Part shown: piece after piece, positions 18,741 through 27,981 of the stretch
How positions within the stretch are numbered: the first letter of the stretch is position 1
Layout: each line of letters opens with the position of its first letter
Source: Acidobacteriota bacterium
GTDB lineage: Bacteria > Acidobacteriota > Terriglobia > 20CM-2-55-15
Direction: 5' to 3'
Length of the DNA stretch: 37,893 bases
Assembly (NCBI GenBank): GCA_003222815.1
Contig: QHXC01000424.1
Span: 1 to 37,893 of the forward strand
Program-made: the position numbers and the translations under genes
The notes under the pieces: generated by a model
What the model saw: the letters and a program-made list of their open reading frames with translations, nothing else
What the model was told of the DNA's origin: nothing
Database searches by the model: none

Positions 18741-20116
18741 GTATTCGTCGAAGTGCGGGAGGCATTTTCTGGGGACTCATCCTGATTGCTGTCGGTGGCC
18801 TGTTTTTAGCGAGGAACCTTGGATATTCCATCCCGATTTGGAGAGGCATCGCGCGCTACTGGCCCCTTTTGCTGATTGTGTGGGGCGGCCTGAAGCTTGT
18901 GGACTACTTCCGCTACCGGCGGTCCGGTGAAGATCGCCCTTTGTTTTCCGGAGGCGAGGTCGCGCTGCTGATCATGGTGATCCTGGCGGGTACGGCTGTG
19001 ACCACCGCTGCGAACATCAGCCCGAATTTCGGAAATATCGGAAATATTTTCGAGATAGGAGATCTCGACCTCTGGGACATTACGGGCAACAACTTTGAAT
19101 ATTCCGAACACCAGGAAGCCGACGTTCCATCTGGATCGACCATCGAGATTCTCAACATGTTTGGCAACGTCGACGTGCAGCCGTCCGACCGGGATCGCGT
19201 CATCCTCGACGTAAAAAAAACCGTTCGAGCATCTGACAAAGATGAAGCCGACCGGCGATCGAAGGACTTCACGTTTTCAATTACGAATGAGGGTTCGAAA
19301 TACCGTATTGCTTCCAACCGGGATCAGCCGGGCAGACAGCGGCGGTACTTCAAAAGCTCGATGACCATTCAAGTTCCCAAGCAGTCGCTGCTTCAGATCG
19401 ACAATCGCCAGGGAAGAGTGACTGTTCAAAACTTGCTGGGACGGCAAAATATCGTGAACCGATTTGGCCCCGTCGATGTTCGCCGCATAACAGGTGTGCT
19501 CGAAGTGGAGAATCGGAACGGCGCTGTGACTGTCGAAGAGGTGACAGAATCCGTGACGATTAACAACAGCTATTCCAGCACGAGCGCAAGAAATATTGGC
19601 GGGAACCTGGAAATCCGCAACCGCAATGGCTCGGTCAACGTGTCCGGCGTCCAAGGTACGGCGACGATAGCAAATTCATACGGCCCGATCACCGTCGAAA
19701 ATGTTCAGCGTGACGTGTCGATCACGGGCCGCAACAATTCCGTTGAGGTGGAGCGCGTTGAGGGCGGCGTGACGGTGGAAGCGTCCTACCAGAATGTGAA
19801 CGTACGCGATGCGAAGGGTTCTGTCACGGTGAAGAACCGAAATGGCGACGTGGTGATTGGATTCGCGAACCCCCCCCAGAAAGATATTTCCGTCTCCACG
19901 CAGTACAGCAATGTCACGCTGGAGCTTCCGTCAATGGCTTCTTTCAGCATCGACGCAAAGACCCGGTACGGTTCGATTGATTCGGAGTTCGACGGACTCA
20001 ACAACGACGTGTCGTCGAATCGTGAAAGGTCTTTGAGAGGCCGGCTGGGGAAGGACGGTCCTCAAATCCATATCGATACCCGCAATGGAGACATTCGCCT
20101 CGAGAAGAAAGGATAA
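18737..20116 (+). CDS. DUF4097 beta-strand repeat (adhesin-like) protein with N-terminal DUF5668 TMs
   Basis: FWGLILI..YWPLLLI; repeated N-x-x-G-x-V/I units; ends TRNGDIRL. Confidence 0.88.
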   Translation: MSIRRSAGGIFWGLILIAVGGLFLARNLGYSIPIWRGIARYWPLLLIVWGGLKLVDYFRYRRSGEDRPLFSGGEVALLIMVILAGTAVTTAANISPNFGNIGNIFEIGDLDLWDITGNNFEYSEHQEADVPSGSTIEILNMFGNVDVQPSDRDRVILDVKKTVRASDKDEADRRSKDFTFSITNEGSKYRIASNRDQPGRQRRYFKSSMTIQVPKQSLLQIDNRQGRVTVQNLLGRQNIVNRFGPVDVRRITGVLEVENRNGAVTVEEVTESVTINNSYSSTSARNIGGNLEIRNRNGSVNVSGVQGTATIANSYGPITVENVQRDVSITGRNNSVEVERVEGGVTVEASYQNVNVRDAKGSVTVKNRNGDVVIGFANPPQKDISVSTQYSNVTLELPSMASFSIDAKTRYGSIDSEFDGLNNDVSSNRERSLRGRLGKDGPQIHIDTRNGDIRLEKKG

Positions 20117-20121
20117 CCAGC

Positions 20122-20517
20122 ATGTACTGCCGGCAGTGTGGGAACGAAGTCGAACAACACGCGAGATTCTGCAGCAAATGTGGTTGCGAGCTTGCGTCGG
20201 CCCAGGTCCAGCAGAAACCGCAGCATGACATGAACATGCACATCAATATCCTGGGATGGCTCTTTATCAGTGCGCCGTCCTGGTAGGCATAGTCGGCATG
20301 GTGATGATTTTTGCAGGCCAGCTCATCGGACACCTTCCAATCGTGTGGCCGGCCGAATTTCCATTCGGTGTGGTGCACCTTGCCGGATCGCTTGCCGTGA
20401 TTGCGGGTTTAGCGACGCTCGCCACTGCCGCGGGCGTCGCTTTACGCCTTCTGGGTCCTGTTCTCGGAAGAGGGCCGGGAACACTATCAGACCCTCGCGG
20501 CACGAAGCGCTGGCTGA
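20122..20517 (+). pseudogene. Zinc-ribbon membrane protein, interrupted by a frameshift near 20270 and an apparent deletion near 20442
   Basis: MYCRQCG..ARFCSKCG..HINILGWLFI | CAVLVGIVG...ATAAGVA | YAFWVLFSEEGREHY..*. Confidence 0.7.
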
Positions 20518-20535
20518 GGACTACTATTTCGCTTC

Positions 20536-21039
20536 ATGCAACACACCCGCATTTACCTGATCGGCTTCATGGGCGCTGGAAAGACGACAGTCGGCCGGTC
20601 TCTCTCGAACAAGCTCGGTTGGGTATTCATCGATCTTGACGAGGAAATCGAGCGCCGTGAAGGCCGGCCGATTGCTAAAATCTTTCAAGACCACGGCGAG
20701 CCCCATTTCAGAAAAATCGAGCAGCGCTGTTTAGAAGACGTGTCTGGCTTAGAACGAGCTGTGATTGCGCTTGGCGGCGGTACATTCATCAATCCCCAAA
20801 ACCGTGCTTTGGCGATGAAAACAGGTCTGACCGTATGGCTGAAAGTCTCCTTCGCAAAAGTCTGGCATCGTGTGAAAATTGACGGGACGCGACCGAAATT
20901 CGGGGATAAAGACCAGGTGGAACGGCTTTATCAGACTCGAGAACCCTATTACGCTCTCGCCAAGGTTCACGTTTCAACAGACACAAGCACTCCTGAATGG
21001 GTAGCGAATGAGATTATGGGAGTCATTGAGAAGTCATGA
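20536..21039 (+). CDS. aroK: Shikimate kinase
   Basis: LIGFMGAGKTT, DLD, GEPHFR, ALGGG, RP, REPYY. Confidence 0.96.
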   Translation: MQHTRIYLIGFMGAGKTTVGRSLSNKLGWVFIDLDEEIERREGRPIAKIFQDHGEPHFRKIEQRCLEDVSGLERAVIALGGGTFINPQNRALAMKTGLTVWLKVSFAKVWHRVKIDGTRPKFGDKDQVERLYQTREPYYALAKVHVSTDTSTPEWVANEIMGVIEKS

Positions 21040-21626
21040 ATCTTTGGTTTTCGCTGTTTATGTTGCTCGCGCCCATAAAGACGGAGAGCGGGCAATTCAC
21101 GATTTATCAGGACGGCAAGAAGATCGGCACTGAGGAGTTTTCGGTCAGCCAACGGTCCGGAGGTTACCTGGCGCTAGGACACACCCAGGTTTCCGTCGAT
21201 AATCAGACGTTCGACCTCCGAAGCCGCATGGAGCTGGACCAACAGCTCAAGACGACGTTCTACGAGTTTCAGTCGAAGGGCAATATCGTTCGCCTGAAGG
21301 TCGGAAAGCCCGTTAGCGAGCTGGAATATACCCTGGACGGCAAGATCCAGCCGCATGACGTGAATTTTCCTGCCGACGGCGCGATCCTCGACGATAATTT
21401 TTTTCATCATTATCTGATCTTGCTGTACCGTGCGGGAGCCCAGGAAACCACCATTGCGACTTTCGTGCCCCAGCAGATGACGCTGGGCGCCGTTACCATC
21501 CGGCCTACCGGCAATCGAACATTTGAAATCGAAACGAGCAACGTCAAACTGGTTGCGACGACGGATCCAGATGGCCGCCTGGTGCGGATCGCTGTGCCGG
21601 GAGCAAAGGTTGTCGTTGAACGCTGA
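21036..21626 (+). CDS. Hypothetical exported beta-rich protein
   Basis: Hydrophobic N-terminus; ATGA overlap with aroK; GKKIGTEEFSV motif. Confidence 0.8.
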   Translation: MNLWFSLFMLLAPIKTESGQFTIYQDGKKIGTEEFSVSQRSGGYLALGHTQVSVDNQTFDLRSRMELDQQLKTTFYEFQSKGNIVRLKVGKPVSELEYTLDGKIQPHDVNFPADGAILDDNFFHHYLILLYRAGAQETTIATFVPQQMTLGAVTIRPTGNRTFEIETSNVKLVATTDPDGRLVRIAVPGAKVVVER

Positions 21627-21654
21627 AACGGATGCAATATAGACTGAAAGCCCT

Positions 21655-22380
21655 ATGGACAGTGTTTCCATCTTCACGGCGTTTGCCGCAGGCTTAATCT
21701 CCTTCCTGTCTCCATGCGTATTGCCGCTTGTCCCGGGCTATATCTCTATTATTTCGGGCTTTACTCTGGATCAGTTGAAGGATCGACAGAAGCAGGCATC
21801 GCTCACTCGAATGGTATTGCTGAATTCCGTGATGTTCATCGCCGGATTTTCGCTAACGTTCATGGCGTTGGGCGCATCGGCAACATGGCTCGGACAGGCT
21901 CTAGCGTCCAGAATGAGGCTGTTGTCTCAAATCGCCGGGCTCATCATTATTGTTTTTGGCATTCATCTGCTGGGCATCGTCAAGATCAACTTTCTGTACA
22001 GGGACAAGCGCTTCCACAATATCGAAAAGCCGCGCGGGATTTTGGGCGCGCTGGTGCTGGGCCTGGCTTTCGCGTTCGGATGGACCCCCTGTATCGGCCC
22101 GATTCTTGCCGGGATCCTCACGATCGCCAGCACGAAGCAGACGGTGACTCAAGGCGTCTTTCTGCTGGCCATCTATTCGATGGGTCTTGGCATCCCTTTC
22201 GTGTTGACCAGTCTTGGTCTGAACAAGTTCCTGGCTTTCTACAGCCGATTCAAGCGGCACTTCCATGCGGTCGAGATGGTCAGCGGTGCCCTCGTGATCG
22301 CTGTTGGTGTCTTGATCCTCACCAATAACCTCTCGCGTCTCGCCGTGTGGTTTTCTTTCCTGAATAGATTCGCACTCTAG
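21655..22380 (+). CDS. ccdA: Cytochrome c biogenesis protein CcdA
   Basis: SFLSPCVLPLVPGY and FGWTPCIGPIL. Confidence 0.95.
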   Translation: MDSVSIFTAFAAGLISFLSPCVLPLVPGYISIISGFTLDQLKDRQKQASLTRMVLLNSVMFIAGFSLTFMALGASATWLGQALASRMRLLSQIAGLIIIVFGIHLLGIVKINFLYRDKRFHNIEKPRGILGALVLGLAFAFGWTPCIGPILAGILTIASTKQTVTQGVFLLAIYSMGLGIPFVLTSLGLNKFLAFYSRFKRHFHAVEMVSGALVIAVGVLILTNNLSRLAVWFSFLNRFAL

Positions 22381-22416
22381 AATTGAAAGTCCTCTTGCAG
22401 CCTAGAAGTGAATTCG

Positions 22417-22607
22417 TGACACTCTGTCATCCAGAAAATAAGGCACGATCCGAATTTTGACGAACAGTCATGCAATACCCGTTGTGCGTGAAGTTAGCAG
22501 GGCAATCGGCATCCCGCCAGAGAGGAAAGTCGTCGGTGCAAACATCTGTGTCCAGAAGCGTTGTGACAAATTGTAAAGTAAGCGGCACGAGCTATGACAG
22601 AATGGCA
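22417..22607. promoter_or_regulatory. Four TGACA-N3-TGTCA-like palindromic sites
   Basis: TGACActcTGTCA 22417, TGACGaacAGTCA 22458, TGACAaatTGTAA 22564, TGACAgaaTGGCA 22595. Confidence 0.55.
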
Positions 22608-22617
22608 TGGTGATTGC
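22603..22617 (+). promoter_or_regulatory. Sigma54 -24/-12 promoter
   Basis: TGGCATGGTGATTGC = GG-N10-GC, 20 nt upstream of the kinase ATG. Confidence 0.7.
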
Positions 22618-22636
22618 CATAACACTGTAAAACCAA

Positions 22637-23674
22637 ATGATAGAGAACATTGAACAACAGATCATCGAAGCGAAAGAATGCTTGGGATGCATGCATCAAG
22701 GCCTGATTGTGACTTCAGCTGACGGCACTATTCTGGAAACCAGTCCCGCAGCAGAACGGATACTCGAAGCCCCCTCGATGAGTCTAAAAGGCAGACAAGT
22801 CCGCGAGTTTTACCTGATGGCGGACACATATGAGGAGCTCATCCGCCAGACCGATATCGCAACCCGCAGCCTTAACAGATCCGTGATCGTGCTTGCGGGA
22901 GAAAAGAAACGAAAAATCGTGAATATGTCGATGCAGCGTGTAGCGGATCGCGGGGACGTCCGATACGTGCACGTCTTTCAGGAATGCGCCGATCTACGGA
23001 CAATGGAACAGCGCCTGCTTCAGTCCGAGCGCTTGGCCACCATTGGCCGATTCGCTTCGCAAATTGCGCATGAAATCCGGAACCCGCTCAGCTCCATTTC
23101 GCTCAACGTGGAGTTGCTTGAAGACGAACTCAAGGAGTCAAACGATGAAGCGCGTAGTCTGATCCGCTCGGTGCTGAAGGAGTTGGATCGGTTGAACGAT
23201 ATTGTCAGCGAGTACTTGCAGTTTTCGCGATTTCCAAAGCCGAACCTCAAGCGTGGACACGTGGACGGCGTGATCGTGGAATTAGTGCAGACCTTCAAAG
23301 CGCCGCCGTCAGTGCGAATTGAGGTTGATCTGATGGACTCCAGCCCCGAGGTGTGGCTTGATGAGCGCTTGCTGCGTCAGGTGCTGGAAAATCTGGTACG
23401 CAATGGGGCGGAAGCTATCGATGGCGATGGCGTGGTCCGTATCGAGACAGACGTGGTGGACCGTTTCTTCGTCATCCGCGTGAAGGACACAGGTACTGGC
23501 ATTGCGCCTGAAATTCAGCCAAAACTGTTTGAACCTTTTTTCACAACCAAAGCTCATGGAACCGGGCTTGGCCTGGCCACGTCGCAACAGATTCTGTTTG
23601 AACACAACGGGCATCTTGTAGTGGAAAGCCAGCTAGGCAAAGGGGCCACATTCACCTTACTTTTACCGTTATGA
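22637..23674 (+). CDS. Cytoplasmic PAS-domain histidine kinase (NtrB-like)
   Basis: AHEIRNPL, NLVRNGAEA, DTGTGI, FEPFFTTK, GTGLGL; no TM segment. Confidence 0.94.
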   Translation: MIENIEQQIIEAKECLGCMHQGLIVTSADGTILETSPAAERILEAPSMSLKGRQVREFYLMADTYEELIRQTDIATRSLNRSVIVLAGEKKRKIVNMSMQRVADRGDVRYVHVFQECADLRTMEQRLLQSERLATIGRFASQIAHEIRNPLSSISLNVELLEDELKESNDEARSLIRSVLKELDRLNDIVSEYLQFSRFPKPNLKRGHVDGVIVELVQTFKAPPSVRIEVDLMDSSPEVWLDERLLRQVLENLVRNGAEAIDGDGVVRIETDVVDRFFVIRVKDTGTGIAPEIQPKLFEPFFTTKAHGTGLGLATSQQILFEHNGHLVVESQLGKGATFTLLLPL

Positions 23675-23830
23675 ACAACATTCGAAAAATATCCACAATT
23701 CTGACCGGCAGCGGCCAATAGGCGGACAGATCATGTGCTACCCACACACTATAGAATCTTGGGTTGACACATTCAGAGCGGCACCTGTAAACACCAAGCA
23801 AGTTACGATGTTCCAGGCGGGAGGATTGTT

Positions 23831-24736
23831 ATGAGACACCGGGTACTTGGATTTGTGGCGGCCTTGGTGATCGCAGCAGCCGTGTCTGCCTTCGGCCAGG
23901 CCGCGCCGGTGGGCCAGGCGGGAGCGGCGGCTGGTCAGCAGCGCGGTCAACGCGGACCAACATTTACGACAAACGGCAACGGAGGGATCGTTGATGCGGA
24001 TGGTCAGGACGGACAACGTGCTCAACGTAGAACTGGACCGGCCCGTCCGGCTCCCCGCGGGCCGAATGGCCGGGTGATTCTGGGTCCGCCTCCGGGGCAA
24101 GCCGGTCTCTGGATCGGTGGTATCACGAATTTGACGAACCCGGATAACACCCCCATTAAAGTTCCGTACCAACCTTGGGCTCAGGCGGTGGCCCAGGACC
24201 GTCGGCAAAACCAGTTTGAGCCGCATACGCGTTGTAAGCCCTCGGGGGGACCGAGGCAGTTTCTCACGCCTTATGGAGTCGAATTTGTAGAGCTACAGGA
24301 ACTGCAACGTATCTTCATCCTTGACGTCGGTGGCCCACATTCCTACCGGATCATTTACATGGATGGGCGGGAACATCCAAAGAATTTGACTCCCAGTTAC
24401 TACGGGCATAACGTCGGCCATTGGGAAGGCGACACGCTGGTCGTCGACTCTGTCGGCTACAATGAAAGATTTTGGTTCGATAGAGGTGCACACCCGCATA
24501 CGGAACAGCTTCACCTGGTCGAACGTTTCACCCGCGTGGACTTCGACAATATTAAGTACGAAGTAACGATCGATGATCCGGGCGCTTACACAGCACCGTG
24601 GTCCGGCCAGTTTAATCTCCGCCTTGATCCGGGCGACGAACTGTTTGAATACGTCTGTCAGGACAACAATTTTGCTCCGCAACTCATGCTCGGCGTGTAC
24701 GAATCGATCGATCGCAGCAGTCCCATTATTCCTTGA
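23831..24736 (+). CDS. Secreted hypothetical protein (GHWEGDTLVVD family)
   Basis: Signal peptide, GGAGG RBS, motifs C.PSG, YYGHNVGHWEGDTLVVDS, TIDDP, EYVC. Confidence 0.88.
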   Translation: MRHRVLGFVAALVIAAAVSAFGQAAPVGQAGAAAGQQRGQRGPTFTTNGNGGIVDADGQDGQRAQRRTGPARPAPRGPNGRVILGPPPGQAGLWIGGITNLTNPDNTPIKVPYQPWAQAVAQDRRQNQFEPHTRCKPSGGPRQFLTPYGVEFVELQELQRIFILDVGGPHSYRIIYMDGREHPKNLTPSYYGHNVGHWEGDTLVVDSVGYNERFWFDRGAHPHTEQLHLVERFTRVDFDNIKYEVTIDDPGAYTAPWSGQFNLRLDPGDELFEYVCQDNNFAPQLMLGVYESIDRSSPIIP

Positions 24737-25577
24737 AAACACACGGCTGAGGCGGACCTCCGGGCCAGCCGAAAGTCCAGTCGGCCAAGCCGGTGCGGCG
24801 GAATGAAGCTGAGTACGGCAGCATCCTCCTAGTGCGATACCTCTATCAGGCGAAAGTGATAGAATTTGTGCTGTTTCCCGTCACAATCACTGAATGGTAT
24901 GGGGCCTTTTACCATAAACTACATTAACCCCGCTGACGATCCCAGTAAGAAGTAGAGGTCTCCGCAGTTCAGGATCATCGACGCGATGTGGAGTCCGCCT
25001 CCGTCTGTGGTGACATAGATTCGCTCCATGCCTGACCGCTTATCTTTTTCGGCTATGGCCCATCGCGCAATCCGCGGCTAATTTCGCCACTTTGACGCAC
25101 TCCTGAGAAAAACGCGGAAAACGGAAGCCACCGTGTTACACTACTGCCGGTTTTCGGCACCTCCGGATCGGGCCCCAGGGCCGATCGCTCAAACCAATAA
25201 GAGGTGTAAAGACCTGGGAAAGTTTTCAACCTTCCAAAGTTAATAACCTTCCGACGATTTTCTGCGTTACTCCTCGGCACTGTTTTGAGCGCTTGACCGA
25301 GAAATGAGTCGCCGTACATCTCGGTGCACACAAGACAGGTGTTTAGTGAATGGCGGGCATTTGCACTTTCCTTCTGCGATGCCAGCGAGATTTTGATGTT
25401 GAAAGGAATTGAAAAATTGATCCAACACGAATTGCCTGCTGCTGAAGAGCATGCTTTCCACTCCACAGCCGTTGCGTCGCTGCACAAACAGGGTACAGGT
25501 GCATCCGGACGTCCCGCGCACTGGCAAAGCTTCAGTCCGAGAGGGCGTTTCGGCCGGCGTCAGGGTCGCCTGGGACG

Positions 25578-26450
25578 ATGAGCCGGCCCGTGTTTGCCCA
25601 AAAGTCAGCCCAAGGGCTCTGTGAGCGTCATCCATGGACGCTCCCATGGTGGAAAGTCGAAGGAGAGAATTCGTGGACTCTCGCGTACATCGTGACAGTG
25701 CACGTTCTTGCTCTCATCGGAATCGCGATGTTCCCCGTTCCGGGATGGAAAGTATTTTTGTGGAGCCTGAGCTTCGCCAGCATGGGGGCGTTAGCGACAA
25801 CTGTGGCGTATCATCGCGGACTCGCTCACCGGGCCGTGAAGCTCAATCCAATTGTCGAGCAGGTGCTTATCTTCGCGGCGGTGTTCAATGGATCGGGGTC
25901 ACCGGACACGTGGATCGCGAACCATCGACATCACCACGCGAAAGCCGATACGATCGAGGATGTCTCCAGCCCCCGTCACGGTGGATTCTGGTGGGCCCAT
26001 CTGCGGTGGCTGTATCAATGGCAGCCATCGCCGATGAAGAAGTGGTGTCCGGATCTGATCCGGCCGCGATATGTGATTTGGGGAAACCTTCAAATCCCGC
26101 TTGTCCTCGCGTCGATCTTCTTTGGTTATTTCCTGCTTGGCTGGGCCGGCCTCTTTTGGATGGGCGCGATCCGCCTTGTCTACTGCCTTCACATGCAGGC
26201 CTTCGTGAACAGTCTTCTGCATCTGAAGCCGGGACTTGCGGAAGGAGTCGATTCCAGCCAGAACATATGGTGGCTCGGCCCGCTCCAGCTCACCGCATGG
26301 GGAGAGAACTGGCACGGCAACCACCACGCAAATCCCGCCTCGGCCCGCTTCAGCCGCCGCTGGTGGCAGGTTGATCTGGGCTGGTACGTGATCCGCGCAT
26401 TGCGCGCCGTTGGCCTCGCCACCAACGTGCGCGTGAACAAGGATAGCTAA
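25578..26450 (+). CDS. Membrane fatty acid (acyl-CoA/acyl-lipid Delta9-type) desaturase
   Basis: His boxes HRGLAH, HRHHH, HGNHH; GENWH. Confidence 0.92.
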   Translation: MSRPVFAQKSAQGLCERHPWTLPWWKVEGENSWTLAYIVTVHVLALIGIAMFPVPGWKVFLWSLSFASMGALATTVAYHRGLAHRAVKLNPIVEQVLIFAAVFNGSGSPDTWIANHRHHHAKADTIEDVSSPRHGGFWWAHLRWLYQWQPSPMKKWCPDLIRPRYVIWGNLQIPLVLASIFFGYFLLGWAGLFWMGAIRLVYCLHMQAFVNSLLHLKPGLAEGVDSSQNIWWLGPLQLTAWGENWHGNHHANPASARFSRRWWQVDLGWYVIRALRAVGLATNVRVNKDS

Positions 26451-26515
26451 AACTATGCGATGCGGCGGCGTCCGCCTTTCACGCCGCGATGGGGACACCA
26501 ACCCGGCGCTCAAGG

Positions 26516-27388
26516 TTATTGGCCAGATTCGCTAAGCACCCGGAGTCTCTCCACGACTTCATCGTAAGAGACCTTTTCCTTCAAGCTCGCGTAAGAGCCG
26601 GGAAAGTAAACGAGGGTAAGATCCGCGCCCCCTTCGTCGAACTGGTTGAGGACGACGGCGGCGCGCTGATCGCGCGAGAGGCGCGTGTTGTCGATCATGG
26701 GGAAATCGTAATAGCCCACATGAAAGGGCCGCCTCTGTGCCTGGGAAGACTCCCGCGGCGTCCGCACGCCTAGCTCAATGGTGAGTTCCCGGCGCTGAAG
26801 ATTGATTTCGAGCACGGAGAGCATAAATTCTCTCTCCGTGTTATCGAGTGTCAACTTTTCGGGTTCCAGTTCGAGACCCCCGTGGCTGGCGCGGAACTTG
26901 TCGAAATCCACCGTGCGGCCGAATTTCTTGCCCACCTGCTCGAGCAGCACCAACTGGCGTGTTGTGATTTCTCGCGCGACCTGGTTGAGTCGGTTGACGT
27001 AGCCTGTCTTTCCGGGATCAGTCGACGCCGTAATCAGCCGGTCCATGTGCGAGAACAGAGGCTTGAGGTTCAGCGATTCATGGAAGTTGTAGGCCAGCAT
27101 TTCCAGGTTCAGCATCCTGGCTTCGAGCCCCGCCGCTTCCGGCCGGAGGAATGTTTGAATGATGGATAAGAACATGTCCTTGCGCAAACCGCTTTCGGCT
27201 TGCTCGCGACTGCTCATCAACTCGGTATAGACGCGCTCGTTGGTTTGACGGGTTTCGTTCTGGCGGAGAATGGTGGACGTGTAGTAGCCGAGCAGCGCCA
27301 CAGCCAGCGCGGTCAACAGGCCGTTCAAGGGGTGAAGGACAATGGCCGCCTTGTCCCAGAAGTCTTTCTCTTTGTTCTCCATGCTCAC
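26516..27388 (-). CDS. Hypothetical protein with a single N-terminal TM helix
   Basis: 290-aa ORF; GTGA overlap with the upstream gene; no recognised domain. Confidence 0.82.
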   Translation of the reverse strand: MSMENKEKDFWDKAAIVLHPLNGLLTALAVALLGYYTSTILRQNETRQTNERVYTELMSSREQAESGLRKDMFLSIIQTFLRPEAAGLEARMLNLEMLAYNFHESLNLKPLFSHMDRLITASTDPGKTGYVNRLNQVAREITTRQLVLLEQVGKKFGRTVDFDKFRASHGGLELEPEKLTLDNTEREFMLSVLEINLQRRELTIELGVRTPRESSQAQRRPFHVGYYDFPMIDNTRLSRDQRAAVVLNQFDEGGADLTLVYFPGSYASLKEKVSYDEVVERLRVLSESGQ

Positions 27389-27714
27389 TTTCTCTTCAGC
27401 GCGTACTGCCCACCCTGTTTTTCCAGAATCAGGTCGTACTGCACTGAGCCTTCGTAGGAGTTGATCTCAATGGACGGCGTCTGGCCCTGATAATTGACCT
27501 TCAGCAAGCACTTCCCCTTGTCCTGCACGAAGAGGTTGAACGATCCGTAGGCGTCCGTCTGCGCGGCGTTGTTGTTCGCACCGCACGTGACTTCGACCTT
27601 TACACCTTGCCCGACCGGCTTTCCACCTTCAGTGATGCTGCCATAAATTTTTCCACCAAAGGCCAGAGTGGTGAAGCCAAGAATGAGAAGCAAAAGTATG
27701 TATGCACGCCTCAT
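27385..27714 (-). CDS. Small secreted protein, carboxypeptidase-regulatory/prealbumin-like beta sandwich
   Basis: AGGAGG RBS, signal peptide, IYGSI..GKPV..GVKVEVTC...TDAYGSF. Confidence 0.82.
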   Translation of the reverse strand: MRRAYILLLLILGFTTLAFGGKIYGSITEGGKPVGQGVKVEVTCGANNNAAQTDAYGSFNLFVQDKGKCLLKVNYQGQTPSIEINSYEGSVQYDLILEKQGGQYALKRK

Positions 27715-27827
27715 GGTTGTGCGCCTCCTGGCCAATATCTTATTACGTTGGGCTCGCCTTCGTATGGCGAATGATGATCTCGTTTTTGTATCAACCGGCC
27801 CATCCAGTCAGGTGCGAGGAGGCCGCG

Positions 27828-27980
27828 ATGAAACTGTGGCGTTTGGGATTCGCATTGGCTTTCGGAATTGCTGTCCGTTGCGTTTCGGGTTGCCAGAAGC
27901 AGGAAGATAACTCGTGTTGCACGCCCGTGCAGCGACGGCTATATTCCCACTTGCTGCGTGATTCCGGTTGTGTGGAGTGA
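27828..27980 (+). CDS. Small putative lipoprotein or truncated remnant (50 aa)
   Basis: GAGGAGG RBS; MKLWRLGFALAFGIAVRCVSGC with VSGC lipobox. Confidence 0.45.
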   Translation: MKLWRLGFALAFGIAVRCVSGCQKQEDNSCCTPVQRRLYSHLLRDSGCVE

Positions 27981-27981
27981 T

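Noticed and set aside
24933-24960. Hammerhead ribozyme (CTGACGA core)
   Set aside because: No stem II followed by GAAA and no closing stems found
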